Assembly: GCA_965644265.1 (NCBI GenBank)
Contig: OZ286472.1
Coordinates: 52,514,001 to 52,578,000 of the forward strand
Direction of reading: 5' to 3'
DNA length: 64,000 nucleotides
Origin: Glycera tridactyla
Taxonomy: Eukaryota
The translations under genes were made by a program, and so were the position numbers. The notes beneath the pieces were generated by a model. The model was not told the DNA's origin and ran no database searches. It saw nothing but the letters and a program-made list of their open reading frames with translations. Below, piece after piece: positions 61,760 to 64,000 of the stretch (position 1 is its first letter; each line of letters opens with the position of its first letter).

Positions 61760-62420
61760 AATCAAGTTCGAGGTCATATTTCTAATGTCTCAGGGACAGA
61801 AATCAATGATTATATAACATCTACATCTAGAGGGATGCACATGCATACACTCAACCCCCACCCCACCCCACCCACAGACACACACACAAACACACACTAA
61901 CACACATACACACACTTGAGAGAAGGATTGGAGTATATACATCGTCTTCATATGGTGATCATATGTACCAAGTTTCATGAAAATCCAGCTATGGATTGCA
62001 AAGTTATGAGCCGGACACAAATTGACCAATCAGAGACCACCATTTGGCAGGAAATCAAACAAGCGTGATGGTTCTTGATCATGACACATCGTCTTCATAT
62101 GATGATCATGTGTACCAAGTTATATGAGAATCCAGTCATAGATGGCAAAGTTATGGGCCAAACACAAATTGAACAATCAGAAGCCACCATTTGGCGGGAA
62201 ATCACTCAAGCGTGACAGTTCTTGATCATGACATATTGTCTTCATATGATGATCATGTGTACCAAGTTTTGTGAAAATCCACTCATGGATGGCAAAGTTA
62301 TGGGCTGGACACGAAAATGAGCGGACACACACACACACTGACATCCTGACACACACACACACACGGACAGGGTAAACACTATATGCCATCCGCCATGATA
62401 TGGCGGAAGCATAAAAACAG
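61760..62420. mobile_element. Helentron/HINE-like element with 3-4 internal ~130-bp repeats
   Basis: Repeated catatgatgatcatgtgtaccaagtt; CA run; terminus atatgccatccgcc...ggcggaagcataaaaa. Same family as 15010-15390. Confidence 0.65.
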
Positions 62421-63300
62421 TTGGGCGGTCCATGGCATATGTGCTTAGGACAGGATTTCACCTAGAACAGGTTTTCACTCGAGCAGGTTTTACTGTATGA
62501 GAAAGTGAAATGAGGTCCATCTACCACTACTATGCTTGAGGGAGCAAATAATCTGACATGCATACTAGTGTATGTATGAGAAAGTGAAGTTAGGTCCAGG
62601 TAGCAATCGGTGTATGGAACTGATCAGACTATTATGTAACACAGCCAAGAACAAAAGAGTCACTGGGAGAGCCTTCCCGAACAATGAAAGGACAGCCAAG
62701 TGAATGTGTCTATTTCGGAGGGTCTTACACAATCCAGACAGAGTTAATGAGTTCTGCTGTCTCAAAAAAATCCAAACTCACAAATGAAAAAGTCTTCTTT
62801 TACCTCAAAATTACCCAATTATATGGGATTGAATGTGGAAAATAATGCTACAGAGTTGTTGTCCAATTACTAATGCAAATGTATACCAAATTTCAAGATT
62901 GTAGGTGCAATACTAACCGAATTAGGCCTCAGTGAAAAACTTGTACGCAAAACTTTAACCAAAAAGTTTACGTTCTACGAAGTGATAGCCGGACAGACGG
63001 ACAGACGGACAGACGGACAGACGGACAGATGGACAGACGGACAGACGCAACCAAACAGACAGACCACCTGCATCATTACATAGACTCGCATTTTGCTTCG
63101 CATGCGAGCCAAAAATACCACCACCATGGTCTTTAGAGGACGTTCGACTGTATAACCAAGTTGGGTGCACAATGCTTAGTTCTAAGCAATCCAAGGCATG
63201 AATTACAAAAAGTTTGCATACACACAGCTCATTAAGAAGGACAGACACACCAGGGCTCCATGTTGGCCGAATATTTGAAGGCCAGCTGATCCCAAGTTGT

Positions 63301-63470
63301 TACAGTGAAACCCCCTGATTAGAGACCGCCTCCTGCGCGAAACTACTTTTGCAGGGCAGCTTTTCTATTTGACATAGTCAAATATACCTGTGATAAAAGA
63401 CCACTTCTTTCGACAGACCACTTTTTATTGATATCTAGGGTGGTCTCTCGTCACAGATTCCACTATCATT
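63301..63470. mobile_element. MITE, CAGTGAAACC family (degenerate)
   Basis: tacagtgaaacccc...gtggtctctcgtcacagattccacta; internal agtcaaatatacct shared with 6627-6792. Confidence 0.55.
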
Positions 63471-63489
63471 GGTAGCAATTGCCAAATAT

Positions 63490-63849
63490 TGGTGGGCTGT
63501 CAATACATATTCAATTCCAAACTCTGAAATTGTTATTGGCCATTGGGTACAGTAAAACCTGTCTTGGGTGACCACCCAAAGCACCAATGAAAAGTGGTCT
63601 CTCAAGACAGGTGGTCTCTCGTTGGAGGTATATTTAAATATGTCAAACAGAAAAAGGCCGATAGAGAGCGGTCTCCCATTAGAGGGTGGTCTCCCAAAAG
63701 AGGGTCTCCCAAGACAGGTTTCACTGTACTATCATTTATGATAGTGTAGCAATTTGGTACCCACAGGTAGCACACACACACACACACACAAACACAAACA
63801 CACACACATGCATACACACCTACAGGCACAGGCACAAATGTATGTGCAT

Positions 63850-63885
<36 letters not shown>

Positions 63886-64000
63886 ATTTTTTTTTAATTA
63901 ATTAGGAATGGGAAGGGCAAGGGAAGGAAAGGATGAAATCAACACCCTAGTCATTGTTAAAGAATTCAAAAGGTGTTTACCACTGGAGAACCTTACATAA
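63490..64000 (+). repeat. Paralog of the 13290-14208 repeat block
   Basis: 63880-64000 is nearly identical to 14090-14208; shared gatagtgtagc.atttggtacccacagg. Confidence 0.8.
63548..63728. mobile_element. MITE inserted at TA
   Basis: TIRs tacagtaaaacctgtcttggg / cccaagacaggtttcactgta. A paralogous empty site is at ~13345-13355. Confidence 0.8.

Overview
Eukaryotic (probably marine invertebrate) repeat-dense window with no recognisable host gene. It is a nest of transposons. (1) 1-~4.4 kb: remnant of a Maverick/Polinton-like element, with an A32-type packaging ATPase running off the left edge (not in the ORF track) and a PC4-like ORF. (2) About 11 copies or fragments of one Ngaro-type tyrosine-recombinase (YR) retrotransposon lineage, all on the + strand. 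One copy is fully intact (N4, 15822-22363): split direct repeats A1...B1-A2-B2, and ORFs in the order SGNH hydrolase, gag, RT/RNase H, YR. N4 and a second copy (N6, 25120-31127) both sit at an AAT core inside an older relative (H), which can be rebuilt from three pieces. (3) L2/CR1-type and I/Nimb-type LINE fragments, a degraded Gypsy, a DIRS1-like element, MITEs and Helentron/HINE-like repeats. The most striking inference is a conserved splicing programme in the Ngaro lineage. A TATA box and short leader exon precede a first intron that contains the entire SGNH ORF. A phase-1 donor inside gag matches a phase-1 acceptor upstream of the ATG-less YR frame, predicting a Gag(1-221)-YR fusion protein. 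A ~37-bp structured motif also recurs five times at 56.8-59.6 kb between unrelated sequences. All calls come from manual reading and translation; no database searches were run.
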